A stretch of 64,000 bases of DNA, taken from positions 1 through 64,000 of the forward strand of contig JAAILG010000403.1 of the NCBI GenBank assembly GCA_012026655.1. Reading direction: 5' to 3'. This document shows positions 61,451 through 64,000 of this stretch, one piece after another (the first letter of the stretch is position 1; every line of letters starts with the position of its first letter). The notes beneath the pieces were generated by a model. It saw only the letters and a list, made by a program, of their open reading frames with translations, was not told the origin of the DNA and ran no database searches. A program made the translations under genes and the position numbers. The stretch is from Hydrolagus affinis (Eukaryota).

Positions 61451-64000
61451 TGGAGAACATGACTGTAAGCATGGTCTAAGAGAATATGCAAGTGCAAGTT
61501 GTTGTTGTTGATAATGTGAAACAACAAAACAACAAAATGACATTTATAGAGCACCTTTCACCTCGGGAGGACATCCCAAGGCACTGAAAAGTGCTATGTA
61601 GCATTTTTATTTTGTTTTATTATTCACTTTAAACTCCTTTTTATTGAAGCTGAGAAAGAAATAAGAGATGCAACTCCCTGTCAGTTCCCTGAATTTCATT
61701 GATGTAGGTGAGATCTTGTTCACACAAACACAAACAGCAGTGCTAGGATCTTCTACTCACACACTGCGTTGGGCAGCTTTGAAAATACTTGTAATCAAAA
61801 CACTTGTCAGCTTCCCAGTAGCAATATCTGTGATTGCAGAACTTCTGTTTTATTTCTTTATACCTCTTCCCTCCACTAGTCATTTGCCACTCGCTGACAG
61901 TCAGCGATGTACGAAAAGTCAAATCTTTCTGATGGTTTGATGGGTTTGCCCCTTTCTAATTTATTGGTAGTTCAGATACACTCATTCCTAGCTGTTCCAT
62001 GTATGGGGGGGCCACAGTGTGCGAGGACCAGACCTCGAGCTGTCAACGAACTGACTGCACTGTTGACCTTCACCTTTGGAAAAATCAGATATATCATTTC
62101 CGGAATGTGAATGTGAGTGATGTGTTTAGATTCTTTCCTGATATCACCCCAAAAGAAGGGGACATTCAAGAGAATGGACACTTACAATCTATTTTTGCAG
62201 AGATAGAGGCATCAGTGGAATAAATTCTCTATATATTCTGGTAAACTGAAAGGTTGTGTTGCAAAAGAGCGGAGTAGGCGAAAGTAAAAATAATCTGGTG
62301 TCAAAAGTGTAGAGTGGGACACTACCGTGGCATTTTAAGGTGTGAAACACTGATTGTAATCAGTTATCTCTCATTCTAAGAAGTAATTTCTGAACAATCT
62401 GTTGAATTAGTGTACCTCACTCTGTCCCCGGTGATTAAGAGAAAAATGTATTTGAGGTGTGACATTTTGGTCCTATTTTGATGTTTATTTAATCAAAAAA
62501 AATGCAAAAACAAGGAAAGGAGATTAAAAGTTTCCCAAAGATTAGCTTTTACTTGTTCATTTAATGTGACAGCATCACATTTGCTATCAAGCTGCTTAAT
62601 TTGATATTTTGTATACTTTTCAAGGTGTTGAGTGACTAGGTCAAGGTCAGCCTTGGGGTGTTTTTCTACTTAATACTTTTATGTGCATCAATATTTAATA
62701 TCATGACTAGCTGGTACAGTAGATTTCACTTTTATCTCTTGTGAATCTAATTCAGGCTGATGTCTGAAGTATCCTTTGTCTGCTGTTTGTAATGGAATCT
62801 GGTTAGTCAAATCTAAACTATGTCCCTAATAGTCAACATTAAAAAATCCAATATTCGTTGACAAGATCACCAAGAGATAACAAAGTGGCCGCAATGTGAA
62901 ATAGCCTCCACATACTGATGATAATATGGATCATGTTAAATCCCATTATTCAGGCAGATAAAGCATGTTGTTCCCTCCCTGTATGTGCTCAGCATTAAAG
63001 GCGAGAATATGTCCTGTTCCTGTCCAGAGAGAGAAAGTCACCAAAAGTGAATGAATAAATCAGTATATCACTTAGTATTAGATTTGGTGACAGTGTTTGG
63101 ACCCAATATATCAGCACCAGCAGCTAAACTACGTGTGACAGATTATTTTCATAGAAGATATTGCATTGGCCTCTCCCAGTGGTGGAGTGCCAAACCCAGG
63201 AGCACACAGAATGCAGCACAAGCACAGAACAACTCAATTGTGCCTGATCCTCATTCAGGAAAATGACTGAATGTCTTTTGAGAGACCCTTTCTTATGTAA
63301 TTGCTTATAGTTCCAAGCACCACACTGATCCTTCTATTGAGCATAATTATCCATTTGTTCTCAGCCTTCTCAATCTATTTGGATTGAAGTTGTTTAGGGA
63401 GTAATGTTGACCCTCAGTGAGAAAGGGAAGGGAAAGAGAAAGTAAGATTGTCTGATAATAGGCAGCTGAAGGTAAATAAAAGCGGGAGCATTTTTTAAAT
63501 ATTACCTTCCTTGTACCAATTTGTTACTGGCATCTAAGGAAAGGACATCTAAAGCAGTCAAAATAAAAATGAATTGAAAATGAGGAAATAATACTTCAAA
63601 ATGTCAGGGAAGGGCATATGCTGGTGCATTTAAAGAGAAGCCAGTGAGAAGTAAATGACCTTTAGTAAGTGCTTAGGAATTCACCAAAATATTTTCATCA
63701 GGTCAATGACACAGTTTACAGTAAACCGCCCCCAATTTTTGTCATTTAATTTCTCATGAAGAGGAAACATCATGGTTATTCTCCACTGGGCTGTCCTTGG
63801 TCACCTACAGAATGATTAATGGAAGTAAGATGTGAAACTGCCATCCCACATTGGAATTTTAGCATCGTTAGAGAACCAGATCTTTCCCAGATGTAGTAAG
63901 AGCTACAATTATGTGTTAGTGTGCATCTGGAAACATCTAGATGTCATTGTCTAATAGGAAATAGCCATTGTAATTTGGGAAGTACAGAGCTATTTTGCTA

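Noticed and set aside
61999-62223. 74-aa ORF with plausible composition
   Set aside because: No homology I recognise and no supporting gene structure

Overview
Eukaryotic, AT-rich, CpG-depleted and essentially non-coding DNA (intron or intergenic), with two N gaps. The repeat complement points to a cartilaginous fish, probably a chimaera/elephant-shark lineage; this is inferred from remembered repeat consensus sequences, not from a search. The repeats are tRNA-headed SINEs with L2-type (TTA)n tails, DeuSINE/SacSINE1-like and LF-SINE/AmnSINE2-like relics, L2 and CR1 LINE fragments, a Tc2/pogo-type MITE and Penelope-derived elements. I recognise no host protein-coding gene: the supplied ORFs are chance ORFs or decayed LINE reverse-transcriptase pieces. 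The most notable feature is a 213-bp insertion at 7464-7676 with a 10-bp target-site duplication. It is an 81-bp near-perfect inverted repeat whose centre and right arm form a minimal hammerhead-ribozyme motif, and older relatives lie at about 1560, 9910 and 60234. Other observations are nested retroelement clusters, two degenerate minisatellites (50 and about 67 bp), candidate enhancer motifs (RFX X-box, CRE/E-box, Sox-Oct) and weak candidate exons. Most repeat boundaries are approximate (+/-20 bp), and family names are tentative.
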